Positions 49,290-60,998 of a stretch of 64,000 nucleotides of DNA are shown in pieces (within the stretch, counting starts at the first letter, position 1; every line of letters begins with the position of its first letter). Origin of the DNA: Takakia lepidozioides (lineage: Eukaryota > Plantae > Bryophyta); assembly GCA_030704615.1 (NCBI GenBank), contig CM060731.1:19158001-19222000 (forward strand). Reading direction: 5' to 3'. The position numbers and the translations under genes are program-made. The notes under the pieces are model-generated. The model ran no database searches, was not told where the DNA came from, and was given only the letters and a program-made list of their open reading frames with translations.

Positions 49290-49905
49290 TCATGCTGGGA
49301 GGAGGCGTGGGACGCAACATCGTTGCGCCCCGAGGTTGAGTGCGCATGTTATATCTGATCTCCATGAATCACCGTCGCCTCCGGGCATGTCCTCAATTCT
49401 TCTCTTCACCGGCCGGCTGCGGACATCGCCCTCCAGGCAGGGAACTTGGCAATAACACTGCGAATATCCTTCACGAGATATTTCATCCCGGGCTTGATAT
49501 AACTGGTAGTATCCTTGCAATCCTCAGCTGACCATATGAAGCAAAACTTCTTCGCTATTTTCATGGGGACGAAGCTCTCCAACATCCTACAAGGAACACC
49601 TCTATCAATGCATGACCAAATGGCCACGTGAAAATGTTTCAATTGCAAGGTCCAAAAACTGCAAGACTCAAGGCCGAGGCACCACAAACGGTCTGTCACG
49701 AACTTGAAGTGTCACTTTCCTGAAACAAAATTTCTCCTTCAACAGTTCACCACCGGATGGGGGTGGCCGGTAGCAGAGGAGTCCGTTGACACTCAGAATT
49801 AACAACATCCGTTTCCTCTTCCCCGCTGTTGCATGTAAAGAATGAGAGGCAAAGTTATCCTGAGCAAGTTCATCATACACTGACATTAGTGTTTCTGCCA
49901 TGAAA
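49290..49905 (-). pseudogene. FCP1/NIF-family HAD phosphatase-like domain, frameshifted; may have been fused to the SWIM ORF
   Basis: KRMLLILSVNGLLC...VPRP(G)...KHFHVAIWSC...FIWSAEDC...YLVKDI matches the NIF layout. The motif-I Asp appears replaced (SVNG). Confidence 0.65.
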
Positions 49906-50499
49906 ATACCCATGACCCAGAATGATCGAGTATATAAAAGATCAACACGAACGTGCAACAAGTGGCCAAAACTTGTACGTGTTGCGGGCTTGGAATGTTT
50001 CGAGAGGAGGGAAAATATTGCGAAGAAGCGGAACGTCGACTGCCAAGTGGAGGTTCAAGAAAGTACCTTGTACGGAGGGAATTTGATGAAGGTATCGTGC
50101 TGCATCCCCGCCTGTTGAGAAAGGATGGAATTACTTAGTGCAGAACCGAACAAACACAAAAGAGAAGAAAGTGGAGAAATAATATCGAATAATACCGATG
50201 TAGTCTTATTGGAATGTCTCGCTGGCGGACTTGGGATCCCAACGGATGTGTTTTGACAAGACCCTGGTATGTCCGAGGTAATCATTTTCTTCCTCAAGTC
50301 TGCTTTGTCTCGGAAGACAGACTTCTCTTCGGTGGAACCGATTTGTATATGAGATGGAAATGGTTTGGGGGCTCTATGCCGCTTCCTTGGTGCAGAACAT
50401 TGCGCCAAGCCGAGAAGTTGCAATTGTTTTGACCGTGTCGTCCAAAGGGGTGCAAAGAAGGGGAACGGAATGGAAATTGTCCCTTGAGCACTCCACATC

Positions 50500-52110
50500 C
50501 TGAATGGAATGCACACGTAATGAAGGGATTACCTTGGATTAACAGAATTCCAATGCAGACGTCGTTTGACAGGAAGGTCATAATCCGCAGATTTTCTGGT
50601 CTGGAGTAAAACAAGAACATCAAACCCCAAACTAAGGAAAACAAAAGGACGAGTAAGAATTCAGATATAAGTAATGTCACCTGACTCCTTCTGATTTGGG
50701 CTCTCCAACCCTCGTGCTGGGGAGAGAAGGAGGGAAGAGAGGCAACAGTGTGCTGCGGAGCCGCAGCCTCACCCGCGTCCTCAATGGCTGTCATTCTCGA
50801 GGTAGATTTCAGACCCTTGACACTTAACAGGGAGGGTGAGGATTGTAGAGTGATTGGATACCCGAGGATCCTACCCATGAAATAAACACACCATTTCTAA
50901 CTACATTCTAACTATGTTCATGACTCGCAGGGACCTCTCATGGATTTCGCAGAGCTCATGATGAAATTCTTGACCTAAGAAACTATTGGATCCGTTGTTG
51001 TACCTCAGAGGACCATACTCTGGAATAACGTAACATTCTATCTACTTGCCAAGAGATCACAAGCCTTTTTGGGTTTTCCTGTGCCTGACGCCCTTCACTC
51101 ATGTGAGGGGAGTAGCAACCACTGCTCTACAACTCACCTTTTACTCCCTCACTGCTTCTGATTTTTCTCTCTCTACAATGAATGCTACAGCGGGGTAAGG
51201 TGAAAATGACAAAAGGTTTAAGGTTAGAGTCCCCGTGCGGGAAGTCACTGTGCTCCATGCAGGGAGCATCAGTACACTGCAGAATGCTTGATACAGCAAG
51301 TCGAGTTTCAACTTTGCTCAATTTTCTTCTTGGCCAACTCAGTTTTTTCCTTCCTACATCTCTTGCCCAATGACTTATTCATTGAAGAAGTTACAAACAT
51401 CTTCACTCTTATCTCTGTGATTCCAAAGATTCACTTTTGTGACACCATAACTGATTCAGTGGACTCAGACTTAGAAGACCCGTTCTGCTCTTTCCTGATC
51501 AGTTCCTCATTGATCAACCTTGTAGCTACCACCTCCCAAGTTGATTTCTTTGGATCGATAGCTTCTACATAATACTTTGAAGATGTGACCAAAAATCCAT
51601 AACTCTGAGGTAGATTCATCATGAGTACCATTACCTTCATTGCATCCGAGCACCAATGGCATCCAGCTCGTCTGCCATGGAACCCAACTTGCAGTTCAAA
51701 TGCATGTACTCCATGGTATCTCCAAAGCTCATTTGTGAAGTGAAGAACTTTCACGTCATGAACAGCTAGTCGCTTATAAGGCTTTTGTCTATATGTCGAG
51801 TTTGGATCGGAACTTCATAGGTTTCTTTTGCAACTGTAGTCTTGGCCTATCGCATATCAAAAAGTTGACCATTAGAAAGGCTTTGAACAATAAAGTTCAG
51901 TGCATGACTCTCTTTCTTCTCCTATGCGGAAAGAGCAATTCTTTTGTTGGTTTCATTTCTCTCCCATCGATAAGACCCCACAGCTCCCTTGCCTTTAGCA
52001 TAGTCTCCATCTTAAACTTCCACAAAATTAAGTATTCATTTTCATTGAACTTCTCTACATACCCAAAGCGTGGGCCCACAACCTGTGAGTTCTCAGAGTC
52101 CTCCATCTTT
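50500..52110 (-). mobile_element. Highly degenerate Ty1/Copia gag(-protease) remnant
   Basis: VEKFNENEY..WKFKMETMLKARELWGLIDG (DUF4219-like), VLMMNLPQSY..LVTS...TWEVVATRLINEE (UBN2-type gag), and a possible protease remnant SGC..HM at ~51110. The left boundary is uncertain. Confidence 0.75.
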
Positions 52111-55100
52111 AGCATTTGGCAATGGGAGTATGAGACAAAACAAAAAGAATTGTAGATGATAGCAATGATTAAAGAGGAGTGTTTAGTATTGATAAAATTA
52201 CAACCCAATATGTACAAGATGGTGTCCTAATCTAACCGTGACACAAAAGATGTCTAAGTTGTGTGGATAACATTACTCAGAACTTTTGCCTACAAAAACT
52301 CGGCTCCATGAACCCTCACCAATTTACTACACCTGCAATTATAAATGAGCCCACTGGCTCCTAAATTCATGCCCATGACGAAGTTTCCGAATGGTTGGCA
52401 TTTAGCTTGACCACTTGACAATCGACACATGCCCAGAACACTTGCTACATGTAGATTTCTTCTGACCATAAACTTTATTTTAAGGACATATTTGAGGACA
52501 CATGATAAACGTTATTGCGATATAGTACCATGCATGTAAGATGACCCTGGACTGATCTATTTTGGTTTGATCAAGTGTCACCAGCCCAATTTTTACCCTA
52601 AATGCATTTTCTTTTTTTGCATTAGATGGAAGATCCCACTAGAATGAACAAATTTGGAAATCATCGAGTCATCCATTTCTTGAAAACAGTCAATCCCATT
52701 TGTAATTTTGGTGTGTAGGAGGATGTGGTTGAAGAAAGTGAAAGAACTAAAGAGTCTAAGTTTTTTTTAAACGTTTTGTAATTGTACAAAGGGAAACACG
52801 TGGGAGCGACAACTTGCAAATCAGCCCCCTTAATAGGGAGAGGAGAAAATAACCTCTTTCACAGTAACCTCGCCATGCAAGGCGTAGAAATGGGACACCG
52901 CCCAAGGGAAGGGGGACAAGAGTATACCACACCCCTCAAGTAGCAGAATTTGGCCCCAGAATCATGTGGGTGGCACTCAATGCACTAACCAACTGAGCTA
53001 TTGACTGTTGACCAGTCTAAGTTACTCACTATAAGTCTTGATCTACCTATCCATTTTGAATATTCCACAAATATCTGCAACAGACCGTACATCAATGAAA
53101 TCTTAAAATAACTAGAGATCCATGTTGGACATATTTTTATTTCAATGGAGTGCAATATAGAGCCCATAATATGTCTCATCAGTATGTACATGCAAACACA
53201 ATCTTACGAATGAGCATGAAACTCTACACAACATGAACCAAATGGCCTAAACATGATCCTATTGAACAAAAATGCAACCTTCAAATGTTTTCTCCAAATT
53301 TAGAATGTAGGGTGCAGATTGTGAGGGGATGAGGTGTGTTGGGACGGACTAATCTACTTTGGAAGAGGGCAGATGAGCGCAAGTATGAAAGCAATACTGA
53401 GCGCATAGGTCCGAGTATGGGTATAGGGGTTGTGGACAGTACCAGCATAAATAGGTATATCAGTGAGACCTTCGGGTCGAACTCTGTTTCAGGGTTTCGG
53501 CAGCAAAACTCTTTTCGAGTAGTAGTCCCCCTAACCTCACCCTCTCTTTGCTTCAGTTACACTTACATACTCTATTGAGGTTTTCTACTTTCTGCAAAGC
53601 TACTGACGGTATGGTTTTGAATCTTGTCAACGCCACTGAGGAATGATATCTGCTTTCAATCCAATTGCCTAAGGAATTCTGCCAATTTCATGTTTGAATT
53701 GGTGGGGCAATATGACTAATTAACGCAAGAACGCATTGCTTTGCTATGCCCTTTTTTGTTTGTTTTTAGTTTCCAGGTCCAATGTTTCAAATGTCAACTA
53801 AGTAGGAGGTTTTTTTGTCTTTTCAGGCTTGATGAAGTCTGAAGATACAGCATGGCTAGCAACAAGGAGGCATAAAGTTGGCCAGGGTGATATATACAAT
53901 TTTACTTTTTGTTTTTTTTCTATTTTTTCTGGACTAGCGATGCCCACATTCCGATGCTACATGTATACCTACCAAGGTTGAATTCCAAGAGAGGGAATAT
54001 TGATGGAAACAACATGAAAAGGCACTGAGGCTCACATAAGATCCTTTATCGCATAAAATCCATGTAAGACAGTTTAGTGTGTAAGGCATTCCTAGTGATT
54101 TGGCCAGCATGAAAACTTCATACAGGCATTCCATAGTTCTGCGAAAGTGCAGAGAAGAAAAGAGGGAGAATACAACTTAACCCTTAAATTCCCAAGCCCT
54201 TTTTTGACTTTTTACCAATTTTGGGTACCCAGCTGCAGTAAATTGCCCCTAGAAACCTACCAAAAATCATCCAGATATTCCAGCCTTATAACAATGGGCC
54301 CAGCTCATTTATGCATGACATACCAAAAAATGAGCCAAGTCCACCGTGGAAATTGTGAGATTATAGCGTTGGCCCGGACGTCAAATATCAGATCCCAAGG
54401 AAAAAGTGAGAAAGAAATTGGTTTGACCAAATCAAAACCTAGCTTTATCCAATTTTGCTTGCCCCAAGACCCACCATTTCCAAATCAATAGTGGAGTGGC
54501 TATGACCCCACTAAATTGCAGGTCCAACTGATTTTTTCACCTATGGTTGCTATGCATGCAATTACATGGGGGTTGAAATCTCAAAATTGACAAAAGAAAA
54601 TGTTCCTCCAAATGAAGTACTTTTTTTCTACAAATTTTTTAAAAGCCAATGGTGGATGTGTGTATGTAATGCTCACACACCACAAGGTGAAGCGCTTTTT
54701 CCAAAATTGCTAATTTTCTGCCAAAAATGGCCTTTGGAGTGCAATCTGTTTTGGGCTTGTTTACTTGCCACGTCGGCAGTCAACAAGCCCTTTTCAAGCC
54801 CCAAAACGTAAATGAGAGATCTAAGATATTTTTTTGTAGGTGGTAGCTTTTGTTTTTATTTAATTTTGTTTTTTGCATCATACTCAGACAAATCCCTTGT
54901 CATTAAAGCTTCAGGAGTGGGCCCCATCAGATTAGATCTGCAAAAATTAGGTCCAACTGCAAATTCAAAGTGACACGATTCAGGTCGCTTGGGAACTTAA
55001 GGGTTACCGTTCAACACAAGTAAATATGTCCCCCTAAGAAGAAATCCAATGTATGCAGCAAAAGTCCAATGGACGATACTGTGCACATTTCAAAACGTTG

Positions 55101-55619
55101 TTCCATTCATCTCAATTTACATAATCTGTCTCAAGCTTGTGACATGCGTGCACACTTGAATCTCAATTTTGTTTTAAAAATAAATAAAAGGGGTGGAAGC
55201 CCTGTAAATCATATTAATAAAGGGGAGTCCTGGAAAAATAAACCAGGCCCATCTTTGTTGATTGGTGTAATACCCTACCAAACCCCCCAGTGCAAGCTTT
55301 AAACAAACTATTATCCAGAAGCCCGAAAACTCAGGAACTACCTATGCTCCAGGATACTGCAAGAGAAGAACTAAAGTAAAGATAACATAGTCCAAAGGCT
55401 AAAGAGATCTCAAATTACAGCTACATTAATGATGCTTAGTACTAGAACATTTAATTGAAAAAAAAATGTGAACTCACATAATATTTGCTCACTCTAGTAG
55501 TGTTCAATTTGAACTAGCCATGGTGAATATGCAAACCCATGCGCCACAGCCATAGGCTTCTCCTTTGGCACTAAATTTTTTCCTATCATTCATGGAACTT
55601 CAGCACCTTGACTTGCTTC

Positions 55620-56294
55620 TCACCAGCACAACCATCCGCAACAATCCTCGGCCAATCTGGAATAGCTGCCACAGCCTTGTCCATGTTTGTAGATCGACCC
55701 ATCGGCGATCCGCTTCTGCAATATAGATGGACCATCTACTGCCTGTTCGTAGGCATGGCAATCATAATCCTGGTCCTGTCCAGATCGGTTGTTCCACGGA
55801 CTCTCCACCTCCGGCCAGCTACATCCAGTCATCGAACTGTCCGAGTCGCTCTTTATGTCGGATGCACATGATGCTGCTGACTCCTCGCTCTTTATATAAG
55901 ATGGACATGATGCTGCTGACTCCTTGCTCTTTATATAATATGCACATGATGCTGTCGACTCCTCGCTCTTTATATAAGATGCACATGATGGTGCGTCCTC
56001 ACGGGCAGCAGCATCTAGGCTCAAGCGAGCCTCCTTATCACCACTCAGATCACAACCAAAAATCCGAATATATATGGATGCTCTATTCAAATCTGTAAAA
56101 TCAACGGGCCCTTCCTCCCGTCTCAAGCGACTCGCCTCCTTATCACCATTCAGATCACAACCAAAAATCCAAACAGGATGGCAACCCAGAGTTGGCCAAT
56201 CTCGAACGGCAATCGGCGTCTTCTTGTGCTTCTTGCTGATGGCTTCATGCGCCTCATTCACAGACATGTTCGGAACCTCTTGTTTCCTTTTCAT
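55620..56294 (-). CDS. Intronless 224-aa orphan protein with a basic NLS-like N-terminus, a duplicated IFGCDL segment and four 13-aa repeats
   Basis: Intact ORF with a TATA-like GCATATAAG at ~56420. The 39-bp tandem repeats (~55850-55990) preserve the frame. Confidence 0.55.
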   Translation of the reverse strand: MKRKQEVPNMSVNEAHEAISKKHKKTPIAVRDWPTLGCHPVWIFGCDLNGDKEASRLRREEGPVDFTDLNRASIYIRIFGCDLSGDKEARLSLDAAAREDAPSCASYIKSEESTASCAYYIKSKESAASCPSYIKSEESAASCASDIKSDSDSSMTGCSWPEVESPWNNRSGQDQDYDCHAYEQAVDGPSILQKRIADGSIYKHGQGCGSYSRLAEDCCGWLCW

Positions 56295-57089
56295 CGCAAA
56301 TGAACTTCACTCACAATCCCACAAGACTCTCAAGCCCACTGACAAGGCAACAAGAGAGCAGGGTGGCAAGCAAAGACAGACTCGACCTCCTCGTTAGCGT
56401 TGCGTTGTATTTAAGCTTATATGCAGGCAACGCCGCTCACAAACGTCCTCGCCAAGGATAGATAGTAGGAATGATGTAACAACTTAATGCTCTTTACAAG
56501 TACGATTCAATCTATTGCGGAGTGCGGACCCAATTTAGGAAACAGTTGGCCTATTTATAGATAACATGGTTAGTGCATTTCTATTTCGCGTCAGTGAGAT
56601 GTTGCTGTGCTGTCATGTAACGTATCAACCGTTGGTCCTGCGAAGGTGACATGGGCCAAAGAAGGAAAACAAGAGAGCAACAGGTCGTCCTTCTCCCGAG
56701 TTAGATTGCTTAAATTGCCTTCTTTTTATCTCCGTGCTGCAATGCAGGGTATGCGAGTAATGGGAGTTGGGAGAGTGTCCGGCCTACAGTAAGGACTTGC
56801 AACGGATGAGAGCACAACATTCTGGGGCTGCTCCACGTACTTACATGCGTCTACTATCTTATTTCCAGGATGCAAACAAATGCAGATGTTCGGTTCAATA
56901 TGAGGTTCGGTATGAGTTTCACAAGGTGTGCTCATGCCTCACAGCTTAGAAATCCCCTCTGAAGCTCTGACCTCTCTTATATCCGAAAGCTGAGAGAGTG
57001 ATGAGAGATCTACGCGAAACAAATATCAAAGCAAGGCAGCCAGTACCATAGCCTAATAAACCTCAACTAAGAACGGTAAAAGCTCACGT

Positions 57090-57775
57090 AATCTGCCCCT
57101 ATGTCTCCTTTGAACAGCAAATAGATGCAAAGAGGAAAGGGGGATTGCAAATGCTACCTGAAGACAATATCCACTTTCTGATTCATTGTCCTGGGTACTC
57201 TCACCAGAGAGACATCCTCTGCAAATCCATCAAGGGATTTGTTCCTGTACCTCTGTTTACCAACTCTGAAGATCTCGAGGCTGAGCCAAAAGCCCAGGGT
57301 CTTTTGGGGCCTAGTTATTGGGTATAGTAAGAGATTCCTTGCCTTCCACCTCACTGGGGCATGCCTCTGGGAGCACCAGACAATGCGTTGACAATGGGAT
57401 TGTAGCCTTCAATATCCAGTAGTACAGAGCTATATTCTATCAGGATTCCTGCACAAGTACTGGATGCACAAGGATGTCGGAACGAGCATCTTGTTCAGCA
57501 TTTTTTGTTCTGGTGTCAATCAAATCTTTTCCCCCTTGCAGTTCTCTCTTTTACTTCATTGGAAAAGAGACAATGTACTCATAAGACGTTGTTTGCCATA
57601 GCCTTGTGGCCATTGACCTTGCACCCAGTTCGAGCGGAACACAACGGGACAGAAACTACCTTTGTCAGGGGCTGACGCCAGTAGTACGACTTACCTTGGA
57701 ACAGACAATTGATCCGAGTCTTCCAGATATCCTCTAGATATCCCTTTACACAAGCATCAATCTGCTGTGTGAGAT
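57090..57775. mobile_element. Copy of the same LINE-3'/SINE family as in the RlmH intron, split by a local inversion
   Basis: PEDNIHFLIHCPGYSHQR is on + (57090-57325). The continuation and tail are on - (57775-57563). Confidence 0.75.
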
Positions 57776-58394
57776 AATCTCTCTTTCAGAATTACGCTGG
57801 TGACACAGTAATCTATTTGGCAGCTATGCAGCAGTCTAGTACTGGACATAGGCTGGTGGGCCACATAAGCAGGCAAAGCGTGTGTCTTCTTTCTCTCATC
57901 AGCACTTGCCAAAAATTGACAGTGCAGCCAGCAAAGACAACCAAAGATGACCAGAGCAGCTACTTACAGGAGAAGTATTGCAATGGGAGCCTTCTATTCA
58001 CAGACAAGCAACGTTGAGCCATGCAATTTGCTGGTTTCAGTGCAATCATGCTGTGAGAAGTATCAGTACAAATTTATAGGAGGCCCTGCACCCAAAGACC
58101 ACCAGCTTGATATATTGTGTATCTGGCCCAAGTTCATACACAAAACTTGATGCAGCCGATGGTGTTCCAGGAATGAGATAAACCAGTTGCGAATGGGGAC
58201 CTGGAAGACCGAAAAAGGAGGAAAGCTTAAAGGTCAAGATAAAGAGAAGGGGGCCACAACTGTCAAGTGTAGAAACAACAAAGGTACGCTCTTTAAAGTC
58301 ACTATCAGCAAAATAACTGGAGTTAGAATGACTGGAGAGTGGAGAGCTGATGAGATGTACCCTACTAAGTGCACATTATCTTCTTTGACAGCAG

Positions 58395-59804
58395 TCATCC
58401 CACTGGAACGCCTCGAATTCCTTCTCTTGTGACAATAAAGTCACATGAAGCACGAGGCAGATGGGGTGCAAACACAACCTGCAACTGTCGTCCAACAATG
58501 GCGGCTTTGTTGGAATGCTGCTGAAGAGGTGCACACGTACCTTTGCCAATCCCATGCATCTCATCCATTACATGGTTTTGGGAGATCCCTTCAGACCAGC
58601 TTGGACTACTCTGAGGCATAATGGACAAAAATAGCCTCGTGTTAATGCAGTGAGCCCAAGAAATTCCTAAAGCTGGTCGAACACCTCTGCCTGAAGTCAT
58701 CATACTCTCAAGGTCTCCCTTCTGATAAGGTTCCAACTGGTGGCCGGCCATATCTGGAGTATCAAAGCAGTCAACAACCTGGTTCGTGACCACAATGGCA
58801 ATATTGAATTGCTCTGCATACTGCTTCAGTAAACCTGCAAGCCGGAAGAAGAGGACTGCTCTTTTCACGAGATCACCTTTAGTGTTCTCAAAATCGGATC
58901 GGAATAGTGCAGCTACAGAGTCAATTATGATGAGTTTCACAGGCATAAGAAACCTGTGTTTCAGGAGCTGTCGTGCTTGATTGTCTAAAAGGTTAAGGAG
59001 CTCTTCAATAGTCTGAACTTCTTTTACAAAAACCTTGTCACATAGATGGCGATCTCGAAGGCATTTCAGATGCTGATTATCGATCTCATCTTGCCTTTGT
59101 TTTGCAAACGGTGTTCCCCTGCTTCTATTCTCCATGCTGTATCTTTCACATTCCTTAAGATTGGTGCAGTAAGGCTCATCTCCTCGGTCACCAGATCCTA
59201 TCCTGCCACTCACGCAGAACGAATCTTTTCTATTTTCCTCATCCTCTCGAAAATGCCTTGATGTAGCGAGACTTGATCTTTGGAATCCACTCCTATCGAC
59301 GCCAGGTATACTTGCATCCAAGCAATGAAGTTCAGTTTTTCTACGTTCATTGTCCCCTCTCCCCTCACGGTCAGACGCCAATCTACCCGGGTCGTTGTCT
59401 CTCCGATTTTCGTCTACTCTTCTCAGCTTCTGCGCATGAAACGTTCCATTACGGCATACACCTCCGGGATCGTTGCAATTGTCATCCGAAAGCCTCCGAG
59501 TCTCTGTCATAACTTCTGCAAGCTCAAGCAGTCGTGCTCCAGGATATCGACCCTCGGTGTAAATGTATAGAGATCTCCCTTCCAGGCCACCCAAGCAGAC
59601 GGGGAGCTGCACAGTGAGAAGCATTTGCAGCGAAAGCAGCGTCTTTCCAGAGCCACACTCCCCTACCAGCTCCGTTACACTTCCGCAGGGAATTCCACCC
59701 CTGAGAAAGGAGTTCAAGATCGGACACCCCACACTACACTTCTTATTTGTTCCCTGCGTGATCGCAGGAACTGGAGTAGGCGCAGAGCTTCGGGATCGAA
59801 GCAT
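58395..59804 (-). CDS. XRCC3: DNA repair protein XRCC3 (RAD51 paralog), intronless CDS with a long insertion
   Basis: KCSVGCPILNSFLRGGIPCGSVTELVGECGSGKT (Walker A), LIIIDSVAALFRSDFE (Walker B), IVVTNQVVD, TSGR.VRPALGISWAHCINTRLFL, RQLQVVFAPHLP...CDFIVTREGIRG. Start placed at M47 of the tracked ORF. Confidence 0.95.
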   Translation of the reverse strand: MLRSRSSAPTPVPAITQGTNKKCSVGCPILNSFLRGGIPCGSVTELVGECGSGKTLLSLQMLLTVQLPVCLGGLEGRSLYIYTEGRYPGARLLELAEVMTETRRLSDDNCNDPGGVCRNGTFHAQKLRRVDENRRDNDPGRLASDREGRGDNERRKTELHCLDASIPGVDRSGFQRSSLATSRHFREDEENRKDSFCVSGRIGSGDRGDEPYCTNLKECERYSMENRSRGTPFAKQRQDEIDNQHLKCLRDRHLCDKVFVKEVQTIEELLNLLDNQARQLLKHRFLMPVKLIIIDSVAALFRSDFENTKGDLVKRAVLFFRLAGLLKQYAEQFNIAIVVTNQVVDCFDTPDMAGHQLEPYQKGDLESMMTSGRGVRPALGISWAHCINTRLFLSIMPQSSPSWSEGISQNHVMDEMHGIGKGTCAPLQQHSNKAAIVGRQLQVVFAPHLPRASCDFIVTREGIRGVPVG

Positions 59805-60070
59805 TCCAACCGCAACGAATTGGAGGCAGAACAATCTGTGCTTGAGAAATTCCAAAAGAGCAGCGAGAGAAGAGACACAGCGCGCCAACCACACTTTTGA
59901 ATGGAAGATGAATGTTATGGATGAATTCTCCCCGTTATCCATCTACGACTCACGGCTACAACAGATGAATGTCTGTGGAGTTCTGTAACGAACAAGCACG
60001 CTCGTCTGCTAAGCTACAGTTCTTCTTCCCTCTCTGGATCCACCAGCGTCTCTTGAGGTGCTAGAAGTAT

Positions 60071-60206
60071 TAGGGAAGGGTCGTTCCCAAGGCCCTTCCT
60101 GAATTTGAGAGCACAGGCAACGAGGGCAGAGCACAGGCAACGAGGGCGGAGCCCAATTTCCGGGTGCTCGAAAATTCAGGAAGGGCCGTGGGAACGACCC
60201 TTCCCC
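60071..60206. repeat. ~45-bp inverted repeat (MITE-like foldback) with a small internal tandem duplication, between XRCC3 and the F-box gene
   Basis: GGGAAGGGTCGTTCCCAAGGCCCTTCCTGAATTT pairs with AAATTCAGGAAGGGCCGTGGGAACGACCCTTCCC. GAGCACAGGCAACGAGGGC occurs twice. Confidence 0.85.
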
Positions 60207-60453
60207 AACGTGAAAAACTGGGAAATTTTTCATTTCCTACTCCTTGCCCCGCAGATCGGGGACCCTTCCGAAAGCGTAAGGTACTTCCCGTAAATCGGGG
60301 GAACCTTGCGGCCAGAGAGGTTCCTTGAATTACAAAGAAAAAAATTTGACAGTGTTTTACGTGTTGGGAGGCCACTGAATTTGCTGCTGGGAGAGTTTGC
60401 GCTGTATCGTTTACATTTGTGATTTTGCCTTTGATTCGGGATCAGGAGTGGTG

Positions 60454-60998
60454 ATGGATCCGACAGTGGTGTTGGACAAGGCGGTCTGGAGTAGATTGCC
60501 CTCTGACTTATTGGACATAGTGTTGGAGTGCTTGCCTTATTCGAGCTTTTGCGACCTACGGTCGGTGTGTCTTTGCCAACTGATCCTGCTTTCCTGGAAG
60601 TCTGCAGTGGAGTTCCTCTTTGTGGGGAGCAATATTTTTGTGTGTCTGAACTCTTTCACCCCGAGTGCATGTCGATTTATAATAACACGCGGGATGACTG
60701 GCAGGCTATGGACCTCGATTTCCTTGAAGAATATTTAGGCACTTGCAGGGACAAACAGATCGTAAGATTGTTGGTGGGGATGGATGTCTCTTCTGCCTTA
60801 TTTCACGGACGTGGAAGGAGTGTCCAGGAGTCTACACTGTGTACAACCCTGCTTCGAAGCGCTGGAGACAACTTCCAACATGGTCTTCTACTGCAGTCCA
60901 TGAAGAGGTGGTGCTAAGACAAATTACGGTGGACAAATCCACTAAGACCTACAAGGTTGTTGTAGTAACCTTCGACTCTGGTAGATTGAGGACGCGAG
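60454..60998 (+). pseudogene. F-box (kelch/FBA-associated type) pseudogene with frameshifts, truncated by a Copia LTR
   Basis: LDKAVWSRLPSDLLDIVLECLP..SFCDLRSVC (F-box), GGDGCLF, VYNPASKRWRQLP and YKVVVV fall in three different frames. Confidence 0.85.

Larger units (their letters stand above)
46129..50500. mobile_element. Probable separate DNA-transposon segment with subterminal tandem repeats, an orphan gene (+) and FCP1-like/SWIM gene(s) (-); boundaries uncertain
   Basis: The preceding ORF and the palindromes stop abruptly at ~46128. A GCTCATGAG cluster and a 60-bp tandem array follow, then a SWIM-finger ORF. No transposase core was found. Confidence 0.5.

Noticed and set aside
46136-51030. 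GTTATTCCA / TGGAATAAC as a TIR pair
   Set aside because: The match is only 9 bp, there is no TSD, and the right copy appears to lie within the Copia remnant.
52200-55300. AT-rich region possibly holding old DNA-transposon remnants
   Set aside because: No TIR/TSD pair or coding motif could be pinned down by eye.
59566-59582. AGAGATCTCCCT in XRCC3 as another palindrome copy
   Set aside because: It is a partial match explained by the conserved EGRSLY coding sequence.
59805-59942. N-terminal 46 aa of the tracked XRCC3 ORF
   Set aside because: No similarity to XRCC3 and it looks like leader or intron sequence. M47 fits homolog starts better.
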